Source: a virus. Taken from it: a DNA stretch of 64,000 bases. A model generated the notes under the pieces. That model had not been told where the DNA came from, did not search any database, and saw only the letters and a program-made list of their open reading frames with translations. Shown piece by piece: positions 10,299-18,722 of this stretch (its first letter is position 1; every line of letters begins with the position of its first letter). The position numbers were made by a program, and so were the translations under genes. The stretch is taken from the IMG/VR virus record IMGVR_UViG_3300048919_000123, positions 19,665 to 83,664 of that record, one strand, 5' to 3'.

Positions 10299-10757
10299 TT
10301 AACCGACACGTTCCAGGAGGACAGTGGTGCCCGCGGCGCCGGTGGTGTACACGCGGATCACCTTGTATTTCCAGATTGCCGGGGTGCCTTTCTTCACCTG
10401 CGGCAGGCCCTTGGTGCCCAGAGCCAGCTGAGCGCCAGCAACCACCAGGTCGCCGAACACCAGCGGGGTAGCTACGCCAGCGGCAACCTGCGCTTCAACG
10501 CGGAAGCCGGTATCCGGACGCTGCACACCGCCGACAACAAAACCATTGGCGGTAGGGCCCTGGTCGATGTTGTCGAGGAACCCTTCCAGCTCGTCACCGT
10601 CGGAGGCCAGCACGTAGTTGGACAGTGCGCCCATCTTCATTGCCTTGCCCACGTCCTTGTCGGTGTAGTTCTGGCCAGCGGCCGAACCCAACTTGGCGGT
10701 GACGACGTTCAGGCGCTCAGGAAGAACCACGAGCACGTTGAATTTAAAGTCAGCCAT
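10299..10757 (-). CDS. Head decoration/cement protein
   Basis: 152 aa Gly/Ala/Val-rich, D.DVGKA.K motif, between scaffold and capsid. Confidence 0.7.
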   Translation of the reverse strand: MADFKFNVLVVLPERLNVVTAKLGSAAGQNYTDKDVGKAMKMGALSNYVLASDGDELEGFLDNIDQGPTANGFVVGGVQRPDTGFRVEAQVAAGVATPLVFGDLVVAGAQLALGTKGLPQVKKGTPAIWKYKVIRVYTTGAAGTTVLLERVG

Positions 10758-10769
10758 GACTGATTCTCC

Positions 10770-11366
10770 TTACTTTTTCGCAGCGTTGAGTTGAGTAACT
10801 TTTTGGCGCAGGCCGGATGCGAGGGGCTGGGAGGCTTCCTCGATCGGGGTGTCTTTCGACTTCTGCTCGGTTGGGAACAGCTTGGCCATCTTGTTCTGCA
10901 GGTCGTTGAACTGCGTGATGATTTCAGAGGCCGAGTTTTTCTCAACCTGCGGGCTACCGGTGGCAACCTGCAGTTTTTTGACCGCTTGCTGAGCGACCAC
11001 AATCAGGGTGTCAGTCTGACCTTTGGCCTCGGTGAGCGCGCTTTCGGCTTTGGCCAGTCGTTCGGTCAGATCTTCGACCTTGGCTTCCAGCTTGCCGTTT
11101 TCCTTGAGTGCGTTGGTCAAGGTTTTGGCGTCGAAACCGGTGCCGGTGACTTCAGGGTCATCGCCGTTTTCTTTGTCCGCGGCTTCCTTGGCCAGGCGCT
11201 CAGCTTCAGCGTCGTCCTTTTCTTTCTGAGCAGCAGCTTCCTTATCGGCAGCTTCCTGCAGGGCAGCAACGTCTTTCTCGTACTGCGCCAGCTCAGCTTT
11301 GGTGAGCACGTCTTTTGGAGCCGCGCCCGCTTCGATCTGAGCGAGTTTTGCTTCGGAGATCTTCAT
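10770..11366 (-). CDS. Nested scaffolding protein (in-frame internal start, Nu3-like)
   Basis: AAAAGGAAATTCGAGATG: RBS and in-frame ATG (MKISEAKL...) at the protease/coiled-coil boundary. Confidence 0.65.
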   Translation of the reverse strand: MKISEAKLAQIEAGAAPKDVLTKAELAQYEKDVAALQEAADKEAAAQKEKDDAEAERLAKEAADKENGDDPEVTGTGFDAKTLTNALKENGKLEAKVEDLTERLAKAESALTEAKGQTDTLIVVAQQAVKKLQVATGSPQVEKNSASEIITQFNDLQNKMAKLFPTEQKSKDTPIEEASQPLASGLRQKVTQLNAAKK

Positions 11367-12239
11367 CTCGAATTTCCTTTTATCGCCAGTAGTGTTTGCG
11401 GACGCGCCGCTGTTAATGAGGTCATCCAGAGATGCAATCCGGTCGACCAGCCCATTTTTCACGGCCTTCGCTGCGAAAAAGGTTTTACCGTCAGCCCAAT
11501 CTTTGTAGTCGTCGAGACTCACCTTGCGCTGCGCGGAAATGTGGTTGAGGAAGAAGGCGTTGGTCTCCTTCAGATTTTCCTGAAGGTACTTCTTGTCCGA
11601 CTCGCTCAGTTCCTCGTAGGGGTTGCCCACCGCCTTGAACTCACCTTCCTTGAGGACGGTGAATTTCATGCCGAAATTTTCTTCGGTGTTGGCCAGGGTG
11701 CGCACCACGGCGATCACGCCAATGGAGCCGACTTCGGCCATCTTGCTGGCTGTCACCCGGTCAGCGCTGGACATGATCCAGTAGCTGGCAGAGAACGACG
11801 CGCTGTCAGTGTGGGCGCGGATCTGCATGCCATTCTGTTGCATGCGGGCCATCTGCTCAGTCACGGTGTTCAGGCCGCTGACCGCGCCACCGCCACTGTT
11901 GTGGTCGAAGATCACGTCGGTGTGGCCCGACTCAGCCAGGATCGCCAGCGCGTCGTTGATCGCCTCGTAGCTGGTGATCTCACCGGGGAACCACTGGTGG
12001 TAGCGGCGGTACGACGGGGTCAGAGATCCGTGGATCTTCAGCACCGCAGTTTCACCTACTTTTTCCAGCAGATACAGGCCCTTACGGCGAGTATTTACAC
12101 CGAAATCTGGGTCGAGTTCTTCGCGGTCTTCGTCATACGGGTAGTTGGAGTACGCCTCTTTGTCGAAGGTGTACTTCATCTCGTAGCTGCACCACGCCTC
12201 GTAGGCCTTCTCGTTGCCCAGCCAAATTTCTACTGCCAT
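10770..12239 (-). CDS. Prohead protease, S49 (SppA/ClpP-like), with C-terminal scaffold
   Basis: NSGGG, SASYW and GSIGV motifs; AAGGAG RBS before ATG 12239; coiled-coil C-terminus. Confidence 0.9.
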   Translation of the reverse strand: MAVEIWLGNEKAYEAWCSYEMKYTFDKEAYSNYPYDEDREELDPDFGVNTRRKGLYLLEKVGETAVLKIHGSLTPSYRRYHQWFPGEITSYEAINDALAILAESGHTDVIFDHNSGGGAVSGLNTVTEQMARMQQNGMQIRAHTDSASFSASYWIMSSADRVTASKMAEVGSIGVIAVVRTLANTEENFGMKFTVLKEGEFKAVGNPYEELSESDKKYLQENLKETNAFFLNHISAQRKVSLDDYKDWADGKTFFAAKAVKNGLVDRIASLDDLINSGASANTTGDKRKFEMKISEAKLAQIEAGAAPKDVLTKAELAQYEKDVAALQEAADKEAAAQKEKDDAEAERLAKEAADKENGDDPEVTGTGFDAKTLTNALKENGKLEAKVEDLTERLAKAESALTEAKGQTDTLIVVAQQAVKKLQVATGSPQVEKNSASEIITQFNDLQNKMAKLFPTEQKSKDTPIEEASQPLASGLRQKVTQLNAAKK

Positions 12240-12249
12240 GCCAGGCTCC

Positions 12250-13713
12250 TTATTGGTCTGCACCACCGGTCTGTGCCGGGGTGTCTGGCGCCAGTGCCGC
12301 GCCGGTCGATGATGTGCGATCGGTTGCCGTCGCGTCGGAGGCAGCCTTGGCGTAGAAGTGGGTTCCCGCCAGCAAAGCCTGCAATCCTTGAGGCCGGATG
12401 CCGAGTTCCCAGCAAGCGTGCGCGTCGTTGATCACACCAAAGCTGAGCAGCTCCAGCACGCGCTTCTGGCGAGTGCCGAGGTAGGCTTCCAGCTCGATCT
12501 CCGGACGCAGGTTGATCGGTAAAAATTCGAAGGCGACATAGCCGTCTACGCCATACAGCCGGCAGGCCAGGGTCAGCGCGCGGGACATCACCTCTTCCAC
12601 CGGCGGGCGAGTGCCTTGCACCACCTGCAGGTAGATCAGCGTCTCGGCATTGGACAGACCCTGGCCGCCCGATGCGCGCAGCCCGGACACAGAGGCCGGG
12701 GTCTTCAGCGAAGCACCGAGCATGTTGCCCAGCGTGGTCAGCATCGAGCTGTAGTCGGCCTTGTTGCCGCCGGTGTCCTTGACGTCGTAGACCACGCTGT
12801 CGTAGGTCACCACCGCATCTTCCGGCTCCAGGCCCGCCAGTGCTTCCTGCACTTCCTGCAGCACCTGGTTGAACAGCTCGCCCATTTTCTTCGGGTCGTT
12901 GCGGGTCTTCTCGTCGGCAGCCTTGCTGATCTTCTCGCTGACAATGGTCGCGATCAGACGGCTATGCCCGGTGCGGTTCAGCGCCCGGTGCATGTCTTCG
13001 ATGAACCCGTTGAAGTTCATGACCTGTGACAGACCCGGGCGCAGCAAGCTGACCGAGTAGGCTTCGTCTGGGTTGCGGTTATGTTCGGAGATGAACACCG
13101 TGGGGATGTTCAGAACAATGTCACCGCCGTCCTGAGTGGGGTAGCGCCCTCCTTGGCCATCAGCTTCCCATTCCACTGTCGAGTAACCGATCGGCACCAG
13201 CCGCTCGGGCCCGAACTCTGCATCCAGCACAAGCTCAAGACCACAACCCCCTGTCGTGATCACATCCGTTTGAGTGCTCGACAACAGCGACTGCATCCCT
13301 GGCTTATCGTTGTATCCCTTGCTGTAATCATGCAGCGTCGAGAATCGATCCATGATGCTGTAAGCCAGTGCCATGACCTCGGTGCTCATCATGCCCGTGG
13401 AGTCATAGCCGGCGAGTCTGAAGCCTGCACCTACCGAGATGGCCGCCATCGAGTTCGCCGCCGAGCTGAACATCCCGTCTTCACGGGTCAGCAGGCGGAT
13501 GATTTCGTTGACGTCGGTGCGGGAGCTGATGTTGTTGATCGCGTTCTGGTTGAACGTTTTCAACGTGTTGGTGATTGCAGACCCTTTTTTCTGGTCTGAG
13601 CCTGGGCGCTTGGCACGCGCTTTACCTGCGAGATTTCGGGTCGGCAAGATCACGTCGGCACCCGTCGCGGCGTACCTCGATCCTTTCGTGCCCGGTGTCT
13701 GCTTGGTAGCCAT
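12250..13713 (-). CDS. Portal protein
   Basis: 487 aa between terminase and protease. Confidence 0.8.
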   Translation of the reverse strand: MATKQTPGTKGSRYAATGADVILPTRNLAGKARAKRPGSDQKKGSAITNTLKTFNQNAINNISSRTDVNEIIRLLTREDGMFSSAANSMAAISVGAGFRLAGYDSTGMMSTEVMALAYSIMDRFSTLHDYSKGYNDKPGMQSLLSSTQTDVITTGGCGLELVLDAEFGPERLVPIGYSTVEWEADGQGGRYPTQDGGDIVLNIPTVFISEHNRNPDEAYSVSLLRPGLSQVMNFNGFIEDMHRALNRTGHSRLIATIVSEKISKAADEKTRNDPKKMGELFNQVLQEVQEALAGLEPEDAVVTYDSVVYDVKDTGGNKADYSSMLTTLGNMLGASLKTPASVSGLRASGGQGLSNAETLIYLQVVQGTRPPVEEVMSRALTLACRLYGVDGYVAFEFLPINLRPEIELEAYLGTRQKRVLELLSFGVINDAHACWELGIRPQGLQALLAGTHFYAKAASDATATDRTSSTGAALAPDTPAQTGGADQ

Positions 13714-13743
13714 GCCGTATCGTCTTCCCTAGAGATGGCGCGA

Positions 13744-13773
13744 GTTTAGTTGGCCAACGGCCTGAAATACAAG
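13744..13773 (-). promoter_or_regulatory. Putative sigma70-like promoter for portal/head operon
   Basis: TTGTAT-N18-TAAACT on minus strand; palindromic motif copies just upstream. Confidence 0.45.
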
Positions 13774-13829
13774 GGTTCTTTTCTCGCTACTTAACGCGAT
13801 ACTTGAAGTACATAGGGATAACTCGCTGC

Positions 13830-15623
13830 TTAGCGAGTTATCCCCTTGCGTTTAGCAAACCCGAACATTCCCTGCAGGACGTGCTGGATCTCACCCTCTT
13901 CCGGCTTTTCCACCACAGCGCTGCCGAGTTTCACCTTCGACGTGCCTGGCATCACGCCGACCACGCTGTGGTCTTCGAACTGGTCGCAGGCGATGGCCGC
14001 GATGTTGGCGTAGTTCAGCGCGTGCACCCAGTGATCCTGCTTGTTGGTCTTGATGAACTTCTCGGTGATCTGCCCATCGTTGCCGCGCTCGCGCACCTTC
14101 TTGGTGGTCTCCAGATGCTTGAACAGCTCGATGCGCAAATCATCCCTGTGCGGGTAGTGGCACTCGCCCGCGTTGTGCTGGTTCAGCAGCAGGGTCAGGG
14201 TCTTCGTCCGGTCAGCGTTGATCACCTCGCCCTCGGTCTTCTCCACGATCGGCAGGAAGCCTGGCAGGTTGCTGACGTAGACCACCGCCTGGATGCCGTG
14301 GCGCGCGTTCACCAGCATGTTCACCAGTGTGATGTCGGGGCCGGCGTCGATGCACAGCTTGCGCATGTTGAAGAAGTCGTAGCGCTCCAGCACCTTCTCG
14401 TAGGCGGGGTCGCTTTTGGTGTTGGCGATCTTCTCCATCCACACGACGTGCCAGCCACCCGGCACCTTCACCTTCACCACGAAGTGCAGGATCTTGCCGA
14501 TGTCCATGCCGCCGACGGTGCCGCACGGGATGATGCACTGGTTGAAGATCCACAGGTCGACGTCACAGGTCTTGGTGCGGTGCTCGGCGGTGACGATGAA
14601 GCTGTTTTCCGAGTCGGAGAAGGGCAGCCCGAGCACGAAGTTGAAGAAGTCGGACTTCAGCGGGTAGGCCTCGAACTGGGCGAAGATGTTCGGCGGCGTG
14701 TTGTACTTCGGCACGTCCCACGGGTTCACCTGGTAGCTGTGGTTCCAGTTGTCCGGCTTCTTCGCCACCCACTGGCGCCGCGCCGGGTTGACCAGCGATG
14801 GCCACAGATCCTTGTGGCAGGACGGGCAGCGCATCCACGCTGTCTGCACGTCGATGCGTTCGTCATCGAGGTTGTCCCGGCCGAACTCCAGCAGCGACTT
14901 GTCCCAGCCTGGCAGGATCATATCTTCGAGGAAACTCGGGTTCACCCAGGTCTCGCAGCGCTCGCACTTGCACATGTAGTAACGCTGGTCGCCGGCCTGA
15001 AAGCCGACGTCGATGCCGAAGCCATCCACCGTCGGCGTGGAGAATCGATAGCGGTAGCCACGGTTGCCTTGGGCATCGACGGTCTTGGCGTGTCGGATAC
15101 GGGAGTTCAGCTTGCCGAGCACGACCTCGTTGGAGAAGTCGGTTTCGTCGGAGATGATCATCTCGGCCGGTACGGAAATCGCCGCGTTGGCGCCGTAGGT
15201 GCCGATGATGTACAGGAAGTTGCGGCCGATCTTCTTCATGCCCGCCGCGTCGGAGCCGGCCTTGACCAGCGCCGAGTAGAACTCGCTCTGCTCCACGGCG
15301 CCGTCGATCCGGTCTTTGGAAAACTTGGTGGCCATCTCCTTGGTCGGCTGGCTGAACATCACCCGGATGTTCTTCATCACCGCAAGGATCGCCAGGGTCT
15401 TCTGCACCATCATCTCGGTCAGGCCGACCTGCGAGCACTTGCGCACGTCGATCCGCTGCGAGGTGTCCTTCACGATATCGATCTGAAATTCGTGGTCGTC
15501 GAAGGAGAACTTCTCCCCCTCGACCATCCCGTATTTCAAGATGGTCTGATCCAGTTCCTTCATGCCCTCTTCGCGGCTGAGGGCCATTCTGAACCGTTCT
15601 GCTACCGATCCCTGGTCGCTCAA
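13830..15623 (-). CDS. terL: Terminase large subunit, lambda GpA family
   Basis: KCSQVGLTE (Walker A-like), ISDETD (Walker B), FSTPT, two CxxC pairs, GMDIG and DHWVHA nuclease motifs; TTG start with AAGGA RBS. Confidence 0.92.
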   Translation of the reverse strand: MSDQGSVAERFRMALSREEGMKELDQTILKYGMVEGEKFSFDDHEFQIDIVKDTSQRIDVRKCSQVGLTEMMVQKTLAILAVMKNIRVMFSQPTKEMATKFSKDRIDGAVEQSEFYSALVKAGSDAAGMKKIGRNFLYIIGTYGANAAISVPAEMIISDETDFSNEVVLGKLNSRIRHAKTVDAQGNRGYRYRFSTPTVDGFGIDVGFQAGDQRYYMCKCERCETWVNPSFLEDMILPGWDKSLLEFGRDNLDDERIDVQTAWMRCPSCHKDLWPSLVNPARRQWVAKKPDNWNHSYQVNPWDVPKYNTPPNIFAQFEAYPLKSDFFNFVLGLPFSDSENSFIVTAEHRTKTCDVDLWIFNQCIIPCGTVGGMDIGKILHFVVKVKVPGGWHVVWMEKIANTKSDPAYEKVLERYDFFNMRKLCIDAGPDITLVNMLVNARHGIQAVVYVSNLPGFLPIVEKTEGEVINADRTKTLTLLLNQHNAGECHYPHRDDLRIELFKHLETTKKVRERGNDGQITEKFIKTNKQDHWVHALNYANIAAIACDQFEDHSVVGVMPGTSKVKLGSAVVEKPEEGEIQHVLQGMFGFAKRKGITR

Positions 15624-15628
15624 AGTCG

Positions 15629-16057
15629 TTATTCCTTTGGAGGTCTTGGCTGAGGCTCTCGGTGGAGAATGCCGGTGGGTTCACCCATCAGGGCGAAGGG
15701 TGCTTTACTCAAGAATCCGCCGCAGGCGTACCCTTCCTTTAGCTTTTGCGAGATGAAGTCGATGTCGAGCTGCGACACACTTGACCGGTGTCTGCTCAGG
15801 ATCTCGGTCACTTCGGCGACGTCGTCCTGCATCTTGCGCTGTTTGATCTCGTTCAGCTCGTAGGACGCCACCTTGGCTTTGAGCATCGCCATCTGCTCGG
15901 ACATCGCCTGAAGGATCTCCGGGGTGATCTCCTGGTACTGGGTGCCCGCGTCGATGGTGTCGCTGTAGCGCCGCCCCGGGTAGATAATTGGCCCGACCTC
16001 GACGAACAGCTTGCGACCGAACAGCCCGCCGGTCTTGAATCGCCCTGTCCATTTCAT
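15629..16057 (-). CDS. Hypothetical protein
   Basis: MKWTGRFK..., ATGA-coupled to upstream gene. Confidence 0.65.
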   Translation of the reverse strand: MKWTGRFKTGGLFGRKLFVEVGPIIYPGRRYSDTIDAGTQYQEITPEILQAMSEQMAMLKAKVASYELNEIKQRKMQDDVAEVTEILSRHRSSVSQLDIDFISQKLKEGYACGGFLSKAPFALMGEPTGILHREPQPRPPKE

Positions 16058-16692
16058 TTGAGTTCCCTCGCGGCTTTGCGCTCTTCTTCCTCGAGGAGCA
16101 GCAGCACCTCGTCCTGTTTGTCCCGGGGCAGCGACTCCACCACCTTCATCAGGCTCATCTCCAGGCGCTGCACGCGAGCCAGGGTGATGACCTTCGGCAG
16201 ATCCTTGACCAGCATGCCGATCACTTTCATGGACATATTCAGCGCGTCCTTCACGCCGATGTCCAGACCGTGGTTGTGTTTGGCAGTGCCGTCCGGGTTC
16301 ACCACTCGTTGGCACACCGCGTCGATCAGCGCCAGCTGCTGCTTGAACGTGACCAGCACCGACGCATCCAGCCCGGCCATCTGCGCCACCAGCGCGCGCT
16401 TGCTGCTGGCCGGCATGGCTTCGATCAGGTGCAGCAGCACCGGCTCGGGCAGCATGTCGTTCTTCATCTGCATGCAGATCAGTTCGATGGCGTCGAACGC
16501 TTCCCGGTCGCCCCATTTGAGCGTGGCCATGTTCGTGACTTCCACCGGCCGCGCCATCGGCTTATACGTCTTCGGGTGCACGCTGTCTGGCGCCAAGGCT
16601 TCAGGGGTCGGATCCCAGCCAGGGTCTCCCTCACCGAGGGTGATGCCTGGCGTGGCTGGATCAGATGTCGTGGCAATGCGTCGGCTGGCCAT
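16054..16692 (-). CDS. Putative terminase small subunit
   Basis: 212 aa helical protein upstream of terL; synteny only. Confidence 0.45.
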   Translation of the reverse strand: MASRRIATTSDPATPGITLGEGDPGWDPTPEALAPDSVHPKTYKPMARPVEVTNMATLKWGDREAFDAIELICMQMKNDMLPEPVLLHLIEAMPASSKRALVAQMAGLDASVLVTFKQQLALIDAVCQRVVNPDGTAKHNHGLDIGVKDALNMSMKVIGMLVKDLPKVITLARVQRLEMSLMKVVESLPRDKQDEVLLLLEEEERKAARELK

Positions 16693-16982
16693 CAGTAATC
16701 AACCTCCACCACCAGCAGTTTGGAGGGGGTGAAGTGCAGCAGCTCTCGGCTCGGGATCACCACTGGGCTGCCCTGGATTGGCTTGGTGTTGACCCGGGCC
16801 TTGTGGTGGCGCATCTCGAACTTGCCGAACTCGCGCAGGGTGAGTTTGTCGCGGTCGGTGGCCAGCTGAACGATTCCCTGCAGGACGGTTTCGACGTAGA
16901 CCTTCGCTTCCTTCTTGGTGATCTGGCAGTTTTCGGCCACCAGCGCGATCAGGTCTTGGATGTTGGCAGTTGGGCTTGGCAT
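16692..16982 (-). CDS. HU/IHF-family DNA-binding protein
   Basis: LTLREFGKFEMR...AR and F.PSK.L signature; 96 aa. Confidence 0.9.
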   Translation of the reverse strand: MPSPTANIQDLIALVAENCQITKKEAKVYVETVLQGIVQLATDRDKLTLREFGKFEMRHHKARVNTKPIQGSPVVIPSRELLHFTPSKLLVVEVDY

Positions 16983-17131
16983 GGTCTGGAATCCGTTCGT
17001 TGAAAGAGGCGTCGGCGAGGGCTTCTTGCCCCGTTACAGCACACGTTGGCCGTTATCCGTGGGTCTATCGAGGATGAGGTAACTCTGGGTCACGGGCCGA
17101 CTTAACTCGGAGATTAGCGGGGTTTTGAGGC

Positions 17132-17164
17132 AAAAGAAAGCCCCGCTTTACGGGCGGGGCTTTC
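17132..17164 (-). terminator. Intrinsic terminator after RNA cluster
   Basis: GAAAGCCCCGC-loop-GCGGGGCTTTCTTTT. Confidence 0.8.
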
Positions 17165-17172
17165 AGTGTGTC

Positions 17173-17370
17173 AGTGACCAGGTGCCTCGCAGCGCTGTCG
17201 GGTGTGGTCGGGTAGCTACTCCTCCCATACTGTGCCGAAGCTTACTGTGCCCGCGGCTTACTGCGCGCTTTCCTGATCTACCGCACTTCAGTCCAGGTCG
17301 CCGGTGCCATTTCATCTCCGGCTTTGGGGCATACACCCTGCGCAATGGCTGACGCTTTCAACCTGGAACT
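17173..17370 (-). ncRNA. Candidate ~200-nt structured ncRNA (rod-shaped, 6S-like)
   Basis: No credible ORF between tRNA 3' end and terminator; nested 5'/3' complementary segments. Confidence 0.5.
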
Positions 17371-17371
17371 C

Positions 17372-17450
17372 TGGAAGAGGGTCAAGGATTCGAACCTTGG
17401 ATAGCCGGTGTCAAAGACCGGTGCCTTAAGCCAGACTTGGCGAACCCTCT
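17372..17450 (-). tRNA. tRNA-Gln (anticodon TTG)
   Basis: Cloverleaf: AGAGGGT/ACCCTCT acceptor, CCGGT-CTTTGAC-ACCGG anticodon arm, CAAGG-TTCGAAT-CCTTG T arm, encoded CCA. Confidence 0.95.
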
Positions 17451-17459
17451 GAAATTTGT

Positions 17460-17477
17460 TGAGACATCCTTGTCTCA
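17460..17477 (-). promoter_or_regulatory. CsrA/RsmA-type binding hairpin
   Basis: TGAGACA-AGGA-TGTCTCA; matches ACARGGAUGU consensus with GGA in loop. Confidence 0.55.
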
Positions 17478-17533
17478 CGAAACCGTCCTGCCCACTCGCA
17501 ACTCGCCTTGGAGTAGCCCGGAGATTAGCGAGA

Positions 17534-18196
17534 TTACTTGCAGTCGTCAATATCTCGTTCGGCTTGCGAGCGCTCATCAATGACTGCCCCGGCCAGCACT
17601 TGTGCCTGGCTGCGCGAGTCGATCTCACCGTCAGTGATCTTCGCTTGGCTGATCGTGCAGTTCTGCCGGCCGTACTCGCTCAGCGAGCCGTCGGCATTGA
17701 AGGCCTTTCCTATTTCGAACTCGAAGGGCTTCACGATCACCTGGTGCGCCAGCGAGGATTCTTCCACCGGACGCTCGGACACCGACCCACTGAACGCCGA
17801 TCGCAGGATATGCAGCCCTCCAATGATCGAGTTCCGCGCCAGCCAGGCAGCGGACTGATCCACACCGTCGTACTTGTCGAGCATCTCGATATCGGTGTAC
17901 AGCGTCCGGAACTTTTCCTCGAGCTCGTCCACCCGCTGGCGGCGTACTTCGTGGAAGCGCGCACGGTCGCTCAGATCCGCTTCGCCGATCAGATGGTCTG
18001 GCAGCCGGCCCGACTCACGGAGTTCTTCACCCAGTGGCGTGTCGCGGATCGCCGTGGCGATCTCGTTCAGCCCGGTCTTCACATCTTCCAGGCTGATACC
18101 CACCTCAAACCCCGAGGCGTAGGTTTGCCCGCTTTCGCTGGTGCCGAGCACGATTCGGCCCACGATCTGGTCAGGTCGGTCATTGGATTGGCTCAT
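17534..18196 (-). CDS. Hypothetical protein
   Basis: ~220 aa, AAGGAG RBS before MSQSNDRP. Confidence 0.75.
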   Translation of the reverse strand: MSQSNDRPDQIVGRIVLGTSESGQTYASGFEVGISLEDVKTGLNEIATAIRDTPLGEELRESGRLPDHLIGEADLSDRARFHEVRRQRVDELEEKFRTLYTDIEMLDKYDGVDQSAAWLARNSIIGGLHILRSAFSGSVSERPVEESSLAHQVIVKPFEFEIGKAFNADGSLSEYGRQNCTISQAKITDGEIDSRSQAQVLAGAVIDERSQAERDIDDCK

Positions 18197-18350
18197 TGGT
18201 CTTCTCCTTTTTGCTCCCGCCACGCAGCCAGTAACCGGCAAAGAAGCACACGGTGAAGGCAATGAAGTGGGTGTAGTTGAGGGTCGGCAGCCAGGCCGCG
18301 ATGGCGTAGACCACGGCGATCAGGGTGTCTTGAACGGGTACGTCTTCCAT
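18180..18350 (-). CDS. Small membrane protein
   Basis: 56 aa with hydrophobic segments and basic C-tail. Confidence 0.6.
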   Translation of the reverse strand: MEDVPVQDTLIAVVYAIAAWLPTLNYTHFIAFTVCFFAGYWLRGGSKKEKTNEPIQ

Positions 18351-18351
18351 G

Positions 18352-18585
18352 TCACTTCTCGAAGGGGTCAGCTGGGCGAGCAACCCCGCGGACGAACCAC
18401 ATGAACCCTTGTTGCAGCTGACTTCTGGCGATAGCCAGCGCACGTTGGTCTACGTTGGGGATTTCACTGATCTGCTTGAACAGCGCACCGGTGTCGGCTT
18501 CCAGAGCCTTGATCGAATTCATGCCGTCGATCTCACTCTGGGTCAGATCTCGGTAACCTGTGATCTTTTTATGCTGGTTGTCCAT
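18352..18585 (-). CDS. acb2: Anti-CBASS protein Acb2 (cyclic oligonucleotide sponge; T4 Vs.4 family)
   Basis: MDNQHKKITGYRDLTQSEID.MN.IK...R.LAI..SQLQQGFMW.VR.VA.P matches the Acb2 family signature. Confidence 0.9.
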   Translation of the reverse strand: MDNQHKKITGYRDLTQSEIDGMNSIKALEADTGALFKQISEIPNVDQRALAIARSQLQQGFMWFVRGVARPADPFEK

Positions 18586-18625
18586 GTTGAGATTCCTCGC
18601 TGATTGGCGAGCGGAGGATAGTCCG

Positions 18626-18665
18626 AAAAGAAAAAGACCTCAAGGAGGACTAGGCCTTGAGGTCT
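18626..18665 (-). terminator. Intrinsic terminator
   Basis: AGACCTCAAGG-loop-CCTTGAGGTCT followed by TTTTCTTTT. Confidence 0.75.
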
Positions 18666-18722
18666 GGGGTCGAGCTTTTCTGTCTGTGGCATTGCCTGCG
18701 TGCGTTGCTCACGTCCCGAAGA

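Noticed and set aside
9305-15653. Long plus-strand ORFs opposite capsid, protease and terL
   Set aside because: Antisense shadow frames of well-supported minus-strand genes
17225-17266. Three GC(G/A)CAGTA(A/T)G repeats as a mini-CRISPR
   Set aside because: Repeats are 10 nt with 5-6 nt gaps, far too short; no cas genes; treated as part of the ncRNA
17163-17345. 60-aa ORF downstream of the tRNA
   Set aside because: TTG start, no RBS, atypical composition; the region is better explained as structured RNA
17290-17371. Theta/HDV-like ribozyme at the tRNA 3' end
   Set aside because: Could not build the P1/P2/P3 nested double pseudoknot from the G after CCA
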